From assembly GCA_963665665.1 (NCBI GenBank), contig OY762428.1, positions 1,728,001-1,792,000 on the forward strand: DNA of 64,000 nt, read 5' to 3'. The stretch comes from Candidatus Kapaibacterium sp. (GTDB lineage: Bacteria; Bacteroidota; Ignavibacteria; Kapaibacteriales; UBA2268). A model generated the notes under the pieces. The model worked only from the letters and a program-made list of their open reading frames with translations. It searched no databases and was not told the DNA's origin. Position numbers and translations under genes: made by a program. The first letter of the stretch is position 1; every line of letters starts with the position of its first letter. Below, one piece after another: positions 27,292-37,680 of the stretch.

Positions 27292-29526
27292 ATGAAAAGA
27301 TTAATCCTTTTATTCGCTTCGATTATTTTTATTACATCGCAAGCACAATCTGAACTTGTATTTGACTATCAAAGATTGGATATCAATTACACCGCAGTTA
27401 TTCATAAATACAATAATGTTTTCTTCTCAGGAAATTCGAATATCATAACGAGATATAACAAAGCATTACAGAAATGGAATCATATTAAAGTTGGGAAAAA
27501 AGATATTGATATTATAACTATAAAGGATTCTGATCAATCTCTTTACGGAATCTTCAAGCACCAATATATTTTTAAACTTGATATTAATGGAACGCCCCTG
27601 CAAATTGAAAATATTTCGGATACATCGACTAAGTTTTTAGATGTTCAATATCACTTAGGCAAATACTATATATTATGCAGGGATAAACTTATTGAACTTG
27701 ATTCCGGATTTTCGTTTGTTCGGGATATTGAATTGCCTGAGGAAATAGAAGTATTGGAACTAACAGTGTTCGATGAAGCAATGATTATCGGAACAACTAA
27801 TGGTAAACTGCTTGTTTTTGAAGGGCAGGTTAACAGCAGTCCTGATATAATCGATTTAAATAGTATGCAATTATGCGAGCCTGATGCCAGGGTACATAAA
27901 TTTATTGAAAGTGATAACGAGCTTTACCTGATAATTGGTTCAAAGATATATTCAAGCGGCGATCTGGAATCTTTCAGGCCGCATGAAACCAATAATTTGA
28001 ACTATAATGTTAATCATGGCAAAGTTTTTACTTTTTCAGTTGGTGGAAACGAGTTAAATCAATGTTCCTTTCACGTGTATGAAAATCAGGAACCTGTCCT
28101 GGTTAACAGGGGAAAGCTTGACAGATATGTAGAACAAATAAACGTATTGAACTTCTACTTTGTTGATTATAACATTATTTATGCTGTTGGCTCCAATAAC
28201 CTGATCCTGCGTTCAACGGACAGGGGAGGAACCTGGAAAGTAATATCATTTCTGAAACCTTATTACAAGTCTTCCTGGATAAGTGATGAAACAGGTTTTA
28301 TATATGCTGATGACGGTATTTTCATAAAAACGACAAACGGCGGTATTACATGGCAGCCACAATTAAATACATGGGTAAGCCTAAAGAAATTTAACCGCAA
28401 AACAACCTGCAACTTTGACCAGGATGGTAGATGTGTGATGTTCAGAGGATATGTTCAGGGTAGCGATCCGCATGCAGTTATTTCAAAAGACAGCTGTAAT
28501 ACTTTTGAATACAAGAGAATTAATGAAATATCATCCTATGGGTTTGTTGATTTGCAGGCTCCGATAGTCAGAACAGAAGATGAATATAAGCTTTTTTATC
28601 CCGGAAGGCACGGGCAAATGACTTATACTCTTATTTATACTCTTGACCTTGAGTTGAATTATAAAAACAAAGAGTTACTGGATGCAATCCATATCTTTGA
28701 TATTAAAAGCTATAAAGACGGTTGGCTTGCATTAGCCAAGGATTTTAAATATACAGACCTATACAGTCCTGATACAAATGTATACCATGTTATGTATTCT
28801 GATTACCCGGGCGTGGAATGGGATACCCTTCTGACGGTTAATCTTATGGATACTATTGCCCGAAATATAAACATTTTTGGTGATCAGGTTTTTCTGAATG
28901 GTCATGTATTTAATCCTCTCCCTGATACATCAAGATATGTCCTTTATTTGCTTGATCCGGAGTATTCCACATATAAATCAATTCGTGTTGATTATGAATC
29001 AACTTATAATAAAGTTTTTAAAACAGGCAATTATTATGTAACCGGCGGAAATAATTGCCTGTTGTATTGCGAGGATATTGAGAATAACCCTGAACATTGG
29101 GAAAAAACCACGGTAGAAGGGTATAATATCTTTTATTTAATGGGTAAAGGCAACAATTCAATGTACGCCTATACTTATGATGGGCATTATTTAAAATTCA
29201 CTTTCCAAAAGGAAACCTCGGTTGAAGATATAAGTGTTGAAAAAGTCAAAATGTATAGCTATCCTCCCTATCCTCAACCGGCGAATTATTCCGTGAAATT
29301 TGAAATTTTCTGGGACAGCCGCTATAATCTTGAAAATGCAGCAATCGCAGTTCATGATTACATGGGCAGGGTTGTAAGCCGCCCCGGTGAAATTAGTATT
29401 GATAAGTTAAACAATTACCAGGGCTATCTAAATTGGAACTGTTCCAAAACGTCCAACGGCGTATATTTCATTACTATTAATAATGCAGGTACTGTAAAGA
29501 CTGTTCCTGTTGTTGTTGACAGATAG
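27292..29526 (+). CDS. Secreted beta-propeller (BNR/YCF48-like) protein with T9SS sorting domain
   Basis: Asp-boxes STDRGGTW and TTNGGITW; C-terminal PPYPQPA...GVYFI. Confidence 0.75.
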   Translation: MKRLILLFASIIFITSQAQSELVFDYQRLDINYTAVIHKYNNVFFSGNSNIITRYNKALQKWNHIKVGKKDIDIITIKDSDQSLYGIFKHQYIFKLDINGTPLQIENISDTSTKFLDVQYHLGKYYILCRDKLIELDSGFSFVRDIELPEEIEVLELTVFDEAMIIGTTNGKLLVFEGQVNSSPDIIDLNSMQLCEPDARVHKFIESDNELYLIIGSKIYSSGDLESFRPHETNNLNYNVNHGKVFTFSVGGNELNQCSFHVYENQEPVLVNRGKLDRYVEQINVLNFYFVDYNIIYAVGSNNLILRSTDRGGTWKVISFLKPYYKSSWISDETGFIYADDGIFIKTTNGGITWQPQLNTWVSLKKFNRKTTCNFDQDGRCVMFRGYVQGSDPHAVISKDSCNTFEYKRINEISSYGFVDLQAPIVRTEDEYKLFYPGRHGQMTYTLIYTLDLELNYKNKELLDAIHIFDIKSYKDGWLALAKDFKYTDLYSPDTNVYHVMYSDYPGVEWDTLLTVNLMDTIARNINIFGDQVFLNGHVFNPLPDTSRYVLYLLDPEYSTYKSIRVDYESTYNKVFKTGNYYVTGGNNCLLYCEDIENNPEHWEKTTVEGYNIFYLMGKGNNSMYAYTYDGHYLKFTFQKETSVEDISVEKVKMYSYPPYPQPANYSVKFEIFWDSRYNLENAAIAVHDYMGRVVSRPGEISIDKLNNYQGYLNWNCSKTSNGVYFITINNAGTVKTVPVVVDR

Positions 29527-29588
29527 AGTAGTGATAAGCAGGACGTTCCAGAAATAAATATTAGTTTACATAAGATAGATTATAATGC

Positions 29589-29617
29589 AAAATCCGGGAA
29601 GATTTTTCCGGATTTTG
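29589..29617 (+). terminator. Probable intrinsic terminator
   Basis: AAAATCCGGGAAGATTTTTCCGGATTTT hairpin followed by a T-rich tail. Confidence 0.5.
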
Positions 29618-29934
29618 TTCGTTTTGTGGCCGCCGTTGACGCATGCCGACGGCCAGCGGCAGCCAACTACGAAAAATGACGAGCTGCGACGCAAAAATTA
29701 CTCTCCGGAGAGAATTCCTTCATAAATTAGTCGTTTTCAGGAAAAATTTCCGGAAATTGTCCCATCCCAGAGGCTATTTCTAAAAACGACCGCCATAAAT
29801 CGCTTCTAAGGGGTTTTTATTTTTAGATTCGGTTGATGTATGGTAATTTTTGAAACGAGGCATCGCTTGACAACAATCTTATAATGATGTAATGTTTGCT
29901 AATGTTCTTTTTACAATAATATAATAGGTGTACA

Positions 29935-30110
29935 ATGTATTCTAAAAATAATTCTCAATCAAATTCAAATTATGGCATTTGGTTTGTGATAATAGCATTA
30001 GTTTCAATAAACATCATTGCTTTTGGTTTTTTATCCTATTACCTTTCTTACTGGTTTATTGTTTTAGTTTCAATCCAATTTCTTTATTTTTCTTTTTTTA
30101 AAAGGAAATC
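29935..30110 (+). pseudogene. Small membrane protein whose 3' end is replaced by IS copy 3
   Basis: Two TM segments; the final residues ERLPLKKTAI are encoded by the IS left end. Confidence 0.55.
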
Positions 30111-30187
30111 TGAACGGCTTCCTTTAAAAAAAACAGCGATTTAAGGTGAAATAATCTTAACTTGCAAAAAATCAAAAGGAGCATCAA

Positions 30188-30475
30188 ATGGCAAACAAAC
30201 GAAGAAATTACAGTTCAAAATTCAAAATGCAGGTAGCCCTGGAGGCAGTCCAAGAGAGAAAAACAATAACCGAGCTGGCATCGGAGTACGGGGTTCATCC
30301 AAACCAGATAAGCATGTGGAAAAAGCATTTAAAAGAAAGTGAAAAGGAAGTATTTGAAAACAAGCGTGGGCCAGGGAAGAATAAAAAAGAAAAAGACGAA
30401 TCAGTATTATATGAAGAAATAGGCCGGCTAAAAATTGAATTAGACTGGTTAAAAAAAAAATTGGGACGTGAGTAA
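30188..30475 (+). CDS. IS3 transposase OrfA
   Basis: Identical protein to copy 1. Confidence 0.95.
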   Translation: MANKRRNYSSKFKMQVALEAVQERKTITELASEYGVHPNQISMWKKHLKESEKEVFENKRGPGKNKKEKDESVLYEEIGRLKIELDWLKKKLGRE

Positions 30476-31313
30476 AGAAGAACGCAGGAAGATGGTAGAT
30501 GCTGATAATAAAGAAATTAGCATAAGCCGGCAGTGCGAGCTTTTGGGTATTAGCAGGAGCTGTTATTATTACAAACCCAAGGGTGAAAGTGAAGCAAATA
30601 TTCTATATATGAAGCTGATCAAAGAACAATTCGCGATTACTCCATTTTATGGAGCCAGAAAAATGACAGCACACTTACGTTCTTTGGGATACCATGTTAA
30701 CTATAAACGAATCAGGCGATTAATGAAATTATTGGGACTTCGGGCAATATATCCCCAACCGGACACGAGCAAACCGAACAAGGAGCACAAAATTTATCCA
30801 TACCTGTTGAGGGATATGAAAATAAGTCGTCCGGATCAGGTTTGGAGCCTGGATATAACATATATTCCGATGCGTAAAGGATTTATGTATCTTATAGCAA
30901 TTATAGATGTTTATAGCAGGTATATCGTCGACTGGGAATTATCGAATAACCTTGAGAAGGAGTTCTGCATAGATACAATAAAAAGGTCTTTGAAAACCAG
31001 GAAACCGGAAATAACAAACACGGATCAGGGCAGTCAGTTCACGAGCAATGATTTTGTGAAAACGATTCTGGATGCTGATGTTAAGGTAAGCATGGACGGC
31101 AAGGGCCGCGCCTTGGACAATGTTTACATAGAACGCTTCTGGCGGAGCTTTAAATACGAAGACCTGTATCTGAAGTCTTACGAAGACGGAAAAGAGCTCT
31201 ATGGCGGTATAAAGGCTTATGTCGATTGGTATAACAACACGAGGCCGCACGCAGGAATTGAATACCAGATTCCGGCTGAAAAATATATGAACGAACAGCG
31301 GTTCGTTAATTGA
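30468..31313 (+). CDS. IS3 transposase OrfB
   Basis: Identical protein to copy 1. Confidence 0.95.
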   Translation: MSKEERRKMVDADNKEISISRQCELLGISRSCYYYKPKGESEANILYMKLIKEQFAITPFYGARKMTAHLRSLGYHVNYKRIRRLMKLLGLRAIYPQPDTSKPNKEHKIYPYLLRDMKISRPDQVWSLDITYIPMRKGFMYLIAIIDVYSRYIVDWELSNNLEKEFCIDTIKRSLKTRKPEITNTDQGSQFTSNDFVKTILDADVKVSMDGKGRALDNVYIERFWRSFKYEDLYLKSYEDGKELYGGIKAYVDWYNNTRPHAGIEYQIPAEKYMNEQRFVN

Positions 31314-31553
31314 AAACTTTGTTGGAAAAGTGAAAAAATGTAATCCGGTAAGCAATTGATAAAAAAAGAAATAGAAAGGAGAGTGAAAGTTATCCACAAT
31401 TTCCAGGTTGTTAACAAAAAGAAAAAAAAGTAGCAAAAAAAAGAAAAATTAATATTATTACATATTTTTTTCTTATTTTATTAGAGAAGAAGTATAGATT
31501 AATAAACACCATAAACTATACTTTTATTTGTCTAAGCAATAGGGAGCATTTCA

Positions 31554-31712
31554 TACTATATCGAGATTGATATAAAAACAATGAAGATCATCAATTATGA
31601 TTACGACCAAAAAGAAAATTTTGACCTAAACCAGTTAAACAAAGGGCCGACTCAAATAATATTTTTAACAAAAGGCCAGTACAACAAATTTGTTGGCCGC
31701 CTTGCAGAATAA
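31554..31712 (+). pseudogene. 3' part of the split 62-aa gene
   Basis: (Y)YIEIDIKTMKIINYDYDQKENFDLNQLNKGPTQIIFLTKGQYNKFVGRLAE*, in frame with 12482-12514. Confidence 0.75.
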
Positions 31713-31812
31713 TATCCGCAACCAAATCGAAAGATTAAATAATTATATAACTACTGATTTTACTGCCAATATCGCTTTGGGCTCAGGCTATCAATAAAAT
31801 TTCTCCTTTTTT

Positions 31813-31926
31813 TGGGTTACTTTTATTATGAGGCAACGATATTTTTTCTATTTTGATGGGTTACATTTTTTATGAGGCAACGACATTTTTAAAAAATATT
31901 TATGGTTACATTTTTTATGAGGCAAT
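31813..31926. repeat. Three direct repeats GGTTACWTTTWTTATGAGGCAA with about 45-bp period
   Basis: Copies near 31813, 31857 and 31903. Confidence 0.75.
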
Positions 31927-31972
31927 TCGTCCTCTAACCAAATCCACCTCCCCCCCTCTTTCCTATTCCAAA

Positions 31973-31990
31973 ATATTTTGTATATTCAGG
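31973..31990 (+). promoter_or_regulatory. Recurrent ATATTTTGTATATTCAGG motif upstream of accessory genes
   Basis: Identical at 31973, 33205 and 35433; variant at 36523. Confidence 0.55.
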
Positions 31991-32085
31991 AGTGATTCTG
32001 GAATTGCTTTTCGGCTGCATTTAATCCTGTGGGCAATTACAGGCAAATATATAATATGAGTTTGATTAAATTTGCGGATCAAAAA

Positions 32086-32724
32086 ATGGAAAAATCTGAA
32101 AAATTTGAAGATATTTACTCCTCGCCGAATAATGCGCCGTGGACATACCCGGAAATCCCCGCTGAGTTTTACGATCTGATCGAAAAGAAGATAATCACGC
32201 CGCCGGGAAAAGTCCTTGAGATGGGCTGTGGCGAAGGACACATCTCAATTTTCCTGGCAAAACTCGGATTCGATGTTACCGCCATCGACCGCTCCGCTAA
32301 TGCAATCAAATTTGCCATGCAGAATGCAAACGCTCAGGACGCAACAGTCGATTTCAGAACCGGGGAATTTCATGAAATAGATCATTATAATGAAAGATTT
32401 GATTTTATCTTTGACTGGAGATTCCTGCACGAGATTTGCGATGAGCCCCTGCGTGAAAAGTATATTCAATCAATAACTAAGCTGCTTAAGCCGGAAGGGA
32501 TATATCTATCTGTATCATTTAGTGGTGATTCCGATTTCATGGGTTCCGGCAAACTCAGGACGTCGCCTGCAGGAATCGAGATATATTTCTCACCCCTTAC
32601 CGATTTACAGAGTTTAGTTGGAAATTATCTTCAGGTTCTGGATTCAGGAATAATCATTGTACCCCAGAAACCCGACCTAAAGATAAAATCAAACTATATT
32701 CTTGCTAAGAAGGTAAAATATTGA
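32086..32724 (+). CDS. Class I SAM-dependent methyltransferase
   Basis: APW, VLEMGCGEG, VTAIDRS, FDFIFD, LKPEG. Confidence 0.85.
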   Translation: MEKSEKFEDIYSSPNNAPWTYPEIPAEFYDLIEKKIITPPGKVLEMGCGEGHISIFLAKLGFDVTAIDRSANAIKFAMQNANAQDATVDFRTGEFHEIDHYNERFDFIFDWRFLHEICDEPLREKYIQSITKLLKPEGIYLSVSFSGDSDFMGSGKLRTSPAGIEIYFSPLTDLQSLVGNYLQVLDSGIIIVPQKPDLKIKSNYILAKKVKY

Positions 32725-32772
32725 AGAATTGGAGGATGATTTATTTAATGAGAATTATTGAATGGTAATTAT

Positions 32773-33102
32773 ATGGCAAATCGTTGGGGAATACCAAAGG
32801 ATGTTGAAGAAATTGTAAGAAAAAGAGATACTGCATGTGTTTATTGCGGAGTAAAATTTTCGAATGATAACACTACTCGGGCAAGCAAACCATCATGGGA
32901 ACATATAATAAATGACATTAGAATAAATGGTACAGATAATATTGCTCTTTGTTGTATATCCTGTAACGCAAGTAAGGGCGCTAAATTGCTTGAGGATTGG
33001 CTTGCATGTGATTACTGCAAGAAAAAAAATATTACGGTTGATTCTGTTGCAGAAGTAGTAAGAATGGCATTACTGCAACCACCAGGATTGAAAAACAAAT
33101 AA
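32773..33102 (+). CDS. HNH endonuclease
   Basis: RD..CVYCG...WEHI...NIALCC.SCNASKG. Confidence 0.8.
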   Translation: MANRWGIPKDVEEIVRKRDTACVYCGVKFSNDNTTRASKPSWEHIINDIRINGTDNIALCCISCNASKGAKLLEDWLACDYCKKKNITVDSVAEVVRMALLQPPGLKNK

Positions 33103-33317
33103 ACCCAACACAAGATATAGTTAACAAGGGTTTAAGCGGTTAGCGCAATTTTATCTCCCGCTTTAGCTTTATCGTATAGAGCTGATATTTTTACAATTAT
33201 TTTTATATTTTGTATATTCAGGGGGTTGATAAATAGAAGTTGCTTTAATCGGGTCAACTAATTATTTCTGTTATCGATATTTGTTTCGTTTTTAAAACAA
33301 CTGGAGAATCATAGATT

Positions 33318-33791
33318 ATGAATTATTTAATAATCACAATTTTGTTATTCAGTTTAACTGTTGGAGCTTTTGGGCGGGAAGAAACCATTGAAATTAAACT
33401 AAATGAAAATTACGTCCTGATTCTAACAAAAATACCCTTTGACCCCCAGAAACATTCCATCAGGGATATCGGTAATTATACTTACATCATCGACGAAAAA
33501 CCGATATTTGGAAACGACGGGCATTTGCCGAGATTTGAATTGATTAATGCTCAACTTCAATTTGACGGAAAAAGTGTGAAATTGGATACAGATTCAATGT
33601 TCGAACCCTGGTTTGAAAAAAATATCAAAAAAGAAAGCTTTAAAATTAAATACGATGAGGCAGGACTAAAACTTTCAGGTTTATTTTCTGACGGAGCAGG
33701 TCTTTATGGGGCTGAATGGTTGATAGTTGACACTGTAAGTATTAGAACGATTATTACCAAAGATGAAGAAGTTTTGTTTGAATATTTTTAA
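33318..33791 (+). CDS. Exported hypothetical protein
   Basis: Signal peptide; FSDGAGLYGAEW motif. Confidence 0.6.
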   Translation: MNYLIITILLFSLTVGAFGREETIEIKLNENYVLILTKIPFDPQKHSIRDIGNYTYIIDEKPIFGNDGHLPRFELINAQLQFDGKSVKLDTDSMFEPWFEKNIKKESFKIKYDEAGLKLSGLFSDGAGLYGAEWLIVDTVSIRTIITKDEEVLFEYF

Positions 33792-33888
33792 CAATATTCT
33801 CAGTTTACTATATTGTAACTGAGATAATGCAACCGATGTTCGAGTTGGAAAAACAGCAAATAATATTTAATCAATTTGAAATATATAC

Positions 33889-34563
33889 GTGAAAGAAGAA
33901 ATTACTCAATATTACAATGATTTGGCAAAAGACTATGATAATAATAGATTTAGTAATACTTATGGGCAATATATTCATAAGCAAGAGGACGAAATATTAA
34001 TTAGGTATTTGGGCAAGAAAAATACTGAGTTCAATTTAGATATTGCATGTGGAACAGGGAGATTCTTGAAATACACAGATTATGGCATTGATATCAGTAA
34101 GGAAATGGTGAAAATATCAAGGAAGAAATTTCCTAAAAAGAGAATCTCAATTGAAGATGCAGAATCTTTATCATTTGAAGATTCATTTTTTGACAATGTT
34201 ATCTCGTTTCATTTATTCATGCATCTAAATATTGTTTCATTCAAAACAATACTTATTGAAGTTTATAGAATCTTAAAAACTGGAGGATATTTTATTTTTG
34301 ATATACCTTCAGAAAAGAGAAGAAAACTTTCAGGATACCACAGTTCCAATTGGCACGGAGGCAATCAAATGAGTGTTAAATCAATAAGAAGCCTAATCGA
34401 TCCAGAATGGGAATTGGTTTCTTTTCACGGTATAGCATTTTTTCCTATTCATCGTATACCTAATAAACTCAGAAAAAGAATTGTAATTTTGGATAGTTTT
34501 ATGAGTAATTCATTCCTAAAAGAATATAGTTCACATTTAATTTTTATTCTCAAGAAAAAATGA
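33889..34563 (+). CDS. Class I SAM-dependent methyltransferase
   Basis: LDIACGTGRF, GIDIS..M, YRILKTGG. Confidence 0.85.
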   Translation: MKEEITQYYNDLAKDYDNNRFSNTYGQYIHKQEDEILIRYLGKKNTEFNLDIACGTGRFLKYTDYGIDISKEMVKISRKKFPKKRISIEDAESLSFEDSFFDNVISFHLFMHLNIVSFKTILIEVYRILKTGGYFIFDIPSEKRRKLSGYHSSNWHGGNQMSVKSIRSLIDPEWELVSFHGIAFFPIHRIPNKLRKRIVILDSFMSNSFLKEYSSHLIFILKKK

Positions 34564-35267
34564 TAAACAGGATTATTCCATACTTCATAAAAGTTAGGCT
34601 TCAATTAATTAAAAGAAGAATATATGACATAATTATGGGGTATCATTATAACTATGCGAAAAAATTGAATTACAAAAACAATTTACCAAAAACTTTAACA
34701 ATTAAACAGGAATTAAAACCAAATAAATCAAAAATGAAAAATCTGGAAATAGCAATAAAAAGTATTGAATCTGTCCAAATAAATCCAAATGAAATATTTT
34801 CTTTTTGGCATATTTTAGGTAGACCATCACAAAAGAAAGGGTTTGTAAAAAGTCGTTCTTTGGTTAATGGTAAACTGGACAATTCTTTTGGTGGTGGTTT
34901 GTGCCAATTATCAGGTTTAATATATTTTATTAGTTTATTTGCCAACCTTGAAATACTAGAAAGACATAATCATTCCATGGATATTTATACTGATGAAACT
35001 CGTTTTACTCCATTGGGTTCTGATGCTACTGTTGCTTATGGTTACAAAGATTTAAAGATAAGAAACACATTAACTAGTCCAATAAGATTTGAATTTTCTA
35101 TAGAGGAAAATAACATAATAATTTACCTTAGGCACGAATGTTTAATAGAAAAAAATAAAGTTGAGTTTATAATAAATGAGATTGATAGTACTGTTATTGA
35201 AGTTGATACAAAAATCAATAATGTACTCATAAATAAATCGAAATATCAAAGACTTCAGTTAAGCTAG
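34560..35267 (+). CDS. VanW-family protein
   Basis: EIFSFW, GGGLCQLS, ERHNHS, GSDATVAYGYKDL. Confidence 0.85.
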   Translation: MINRIIPYFIKVRLQLIKRRIYDIIMGYHYNYAKKLNYKNNLPKTLTIKQELKPNKSKMKNLEIAIKSIESVQINPNEIFSFWHILGRPSQKKGFVKSRSLVNGKLDNSFGGGLCQLSGLIYFISLFANLEILERHNHSMDIYTDETRFTPLGSDATVAYGYKDLKIRNTLTSPIRFEFSIEENNIIIYLRHECLIEKNKVEFIINEIDSTVIEVDTKINNVLINKSKYQRLQLS

Positions 35268-35483
35268 ATAATATGCATCCTAAAAAGCTGAAACAGTCTT
35301 AATTTATTGCAGTTAAACCTATTAATACAACAGCAATTCGCTTTGCAAGCACAGGTTTATTAAAAATTAGCCGTTATTTAAGCTCTGTATTTCCCTATCC
35401 AAATCATTCCACATGACTTTACTGTTAACCATATATTTTGTATATTCAGGTATTGATAATCCTGCTGAAGGAGGAAGATTTTA

Positions 35484-36512
35484 ATGAACACAGCTATGCA
35501 AAAATTCGAGAATGATTTTTATAATAAAGTTGCCGATTTATTGAAAGAAGCGCGGCAGAACGTTGTTCAAACAGTCAATAAAACTATGGTTCGCGCTTAT
35601 TATGAAATTGGGCGAATGATTGTTGAAGAGGAACAAAACGGAAAAGAACGCGCAGAATATGGCAAATCTCTATTGAAGGGACTATCCCAAAAATTGATAT
35701 CTGAGTTTGGAAGGGGGTTCTCGGTTACAAATCTCCAACAAATGAAGAATTTTTATGCTATTTATGGAAAACAACAGACACTGTCTGTTAAATCTGAACA
35801 TAAAGATATGAGTTTTCGGCTAAGCTGGTCTCATTATTTGTTTTTAATGCGAATAGACAGTATTGAAGAAAGAAAGTTCTATGAGATTGAAGCAATAGAT
35901 AACAATTGGAGTTTGCGCGAGCTTCGCAGGCAATTCGATGCCTCGCTATACGAAAGGCTTGCATTAAGTCGGAACAAAAATGGAATAAAAGAACTTTCTG
36001 AAAAAGGACAGGTAATCGAAAATGCAAGGGATAGTTTGAAAGATCCATATATTCTTGAATTTATCGGTCTGCCGGAAACGAACAAATATTCCGAAAGTGA
36101 ATTGGAACAAAAGTTAATCGATAAATTGGAACATTTTCTCCTTGAATTGGGAAAGGGCTTCACATTTGTTGGCAGGCAGGTTAGATTTACATTTGATGAG
36201 GAACATTTCAGGGCAGATTTGGTTTTTTACAATCGACTTTTGCAATGTTTTGTTGTTATTGATTTGAAAATCGGAAAATTAACACATCAGGATTTGGGTC
36301 AGATGCAGATGTATGTTAATTATTACGACAGATTTGTAAAACTTGATTCGGAAAATAAAACTATAGGGATAATTTTATGTAAAGACAAGAAAGATACGCT
36401 TGTGGAAATAACTTTGCCGGAAAATAATGACCAGATATTTGCGAGCAAGTATCAGACAGTATTACCCAGTAAAAAAGAATTAAAGAAATTGATTGAGAAT
36501 AAAGAAGATTAG
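35484..36512 (+). CDS. YhcG/DUF1016 PD-(D/E)XK nuclease-domain protein
   Basis: LSWSHY, KDPYILEF, FLLELGKGFTFVGRQ, DLVFYNR, GQMQMYVNYYD. Confidence 0.9.
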   Translation: MNTAMQKFENDFYNKVADLLKEARQNVVQTVNKTMVRAYYEIGRMIVEEEQNGKERAEYGKSLLKGLSQKLISEFGRGFSVTNLQQMKNFYAIYGKQQTLSVKSEHKDMSFRLSWSHYLFLMRIDSIEERKFYEIEAIDNNWSLRELRRQFDASLYERLALSRNKNGIKELSEKGQVIENARDSLKDPYILEFIGLPETNKYSESELEQKLIDKLEHFLLELGKGFTFVGRQVRFTFDEEHFRADLVFYNRLLQCFVVIDLKIGKLTHQDLGQMQMYVNYYDRFVKLDSENKTIGIILCKDKKDTLVEITLPENNDQIFASKYQTVLPSKKELKKLIENKED

Positions 36513-36646
36513 CAAAACTTAAATTTTTTGAATATTCAGGAGTTAGATGTAGTAATTATTGAGTTTATGTATGGAATATTTAATCGATTATGTTTAATTG
36601 AAAGACTTATGATTGAAATTTCTCAAATTCTAAAGGCCGGATACCA

Positions 36647-36943
36647 ATGGGTAAGACAAAATTAAAAGTTAATGAGTTAGAAATTGTTCTTTATAAACTA
36701 AATGAGGAAGAATATATCTCATTGACTGATATGGCAAAATTCCGCGACTCTGACAGAACAAATTATATCATTCAGAACTGGATGAGAACCAGAAACACAA
36801 TAGAATTTCTGGGACTTTGGGAACATCTGCATAATACTAATTTTAAAAGCATCGAATTCGATGCTTTTAGAAATGAATCAGGTGCAAACAGTTTTTCTCT
36901 TACTCCAAAGAAATGGATTGATGCTACAAAAAAGGCCTGGTAA
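36647..36943 (+). pseudogene. KilA-N domain protein, apparently C-terminally truncated
   Basis: YISLTDMAK, IQNWMR.RNTIEFLGLWE, FSLTPKKWI, then an early stop without the usual GRYGGTYAH segment. Confidence 0.7.
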
Positions 36944-37177
36944 AATAGAGCCTAAGCAACGGCAAGATAATTTTTTAAATTTTTGGGTATGTAATAATAA
37001 GGCTGCAATCCGTTTCAATTCTCAGGCTTAATGCACAAAGAAGGAATGAAATTTTACCTACCCGCAAACGGAGTCTGGCTGACTGAATTTGTAGCACATA
37101 GATTTATTGCAGAAGAGTAGAATTTAGTTTTATTATCAAATAATTATTTGTTTCAAAATTTATAAAGGGTTGTTTCA

Positions 37178-37627
37178 ATGAAAAGATTGATTTATTCAGC
37201 ATTTGTGATTGGCGTATTTGTAATGTTTGGCTCGTCGGTAATAGCAAAGAATGCAATGAATATCGATGAATTTACCAAGGAAATCAGCAAGGCTGTTCCA
37301 AAGGAGTTCAAGTTTGATGAAAAAGGAACGGATAAAGGTAACCTGTACGTGGTTTATAAGAAAAGTCCGCAGGAAGTAATGACGGTGAATTGGCAAAAAG
37401 AATATGATATTGAGTTCCCGGACCAGGAAACAACAACTGTTAAAGGCCATAAAACAATTTTTTATTATATGGGATTCAAAAAAAGCGCGGGGATTGTTGT
37501 ATTTTTAAAAAATAACGCAGGATATCTTGTGGTTGGATTCAACAAACCCTATATGGGCGAAGAGATAGTGAAAAAGGAAGAGCTTATTGACATCGTAAAG
37601 AAATTGGATTTAAGCAGGTTTGAGTAA
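37178..37627 (+). CDS. Exported hypothetical protein
   Basis: Signal peptide; followed by a terminator hairpin. Confidence 0.6.
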   Translation: MKRLIYSAFVIGVFVMFGSSVIAKNAMNIDEFTKEISKAVPKEFKFDEKGTDKGNLYVVYKKSPQEVMTVNWQKEYDIEFPDQETTTVKGHKTIFYYMGFKKSAGIVVFLKNNAGYLVVGFNKPYMGEEIVKKEELIDIVKKLDLSRFE

Positions 37628-37638
37628 AAAAGAAGAAG

Positions 37639-37680
37639 ACATGCGCTTCAGAGCAAATACTTTGGAGCGCATGTTTTGTT
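37639..37680 (+). terminator. Intrinsic terminator
   Basis: ACATGCGCTTCAGAG...CTTTGGAGCGCATGT plus T-rich tail. Confidence 0.6.

Larger units (their letters stand above)
30111..31553 (+). mobile_element. IS3-family insertion sequence, copy 3
   Basis: Same as copies 1 and 2 except one visible C>T at 31341; followed by TAC. Confidence 0.95.

Noticed and set aside
31813-31926. Mini-CRISPR
   Set aside because: Linkers are too short and low-complexity; only three units; no cas genes
34560-35267. Vancomycin resistance cluster
   Set aside because: A VanW-like gene alone is widespread; no vanHAX/RS genes present
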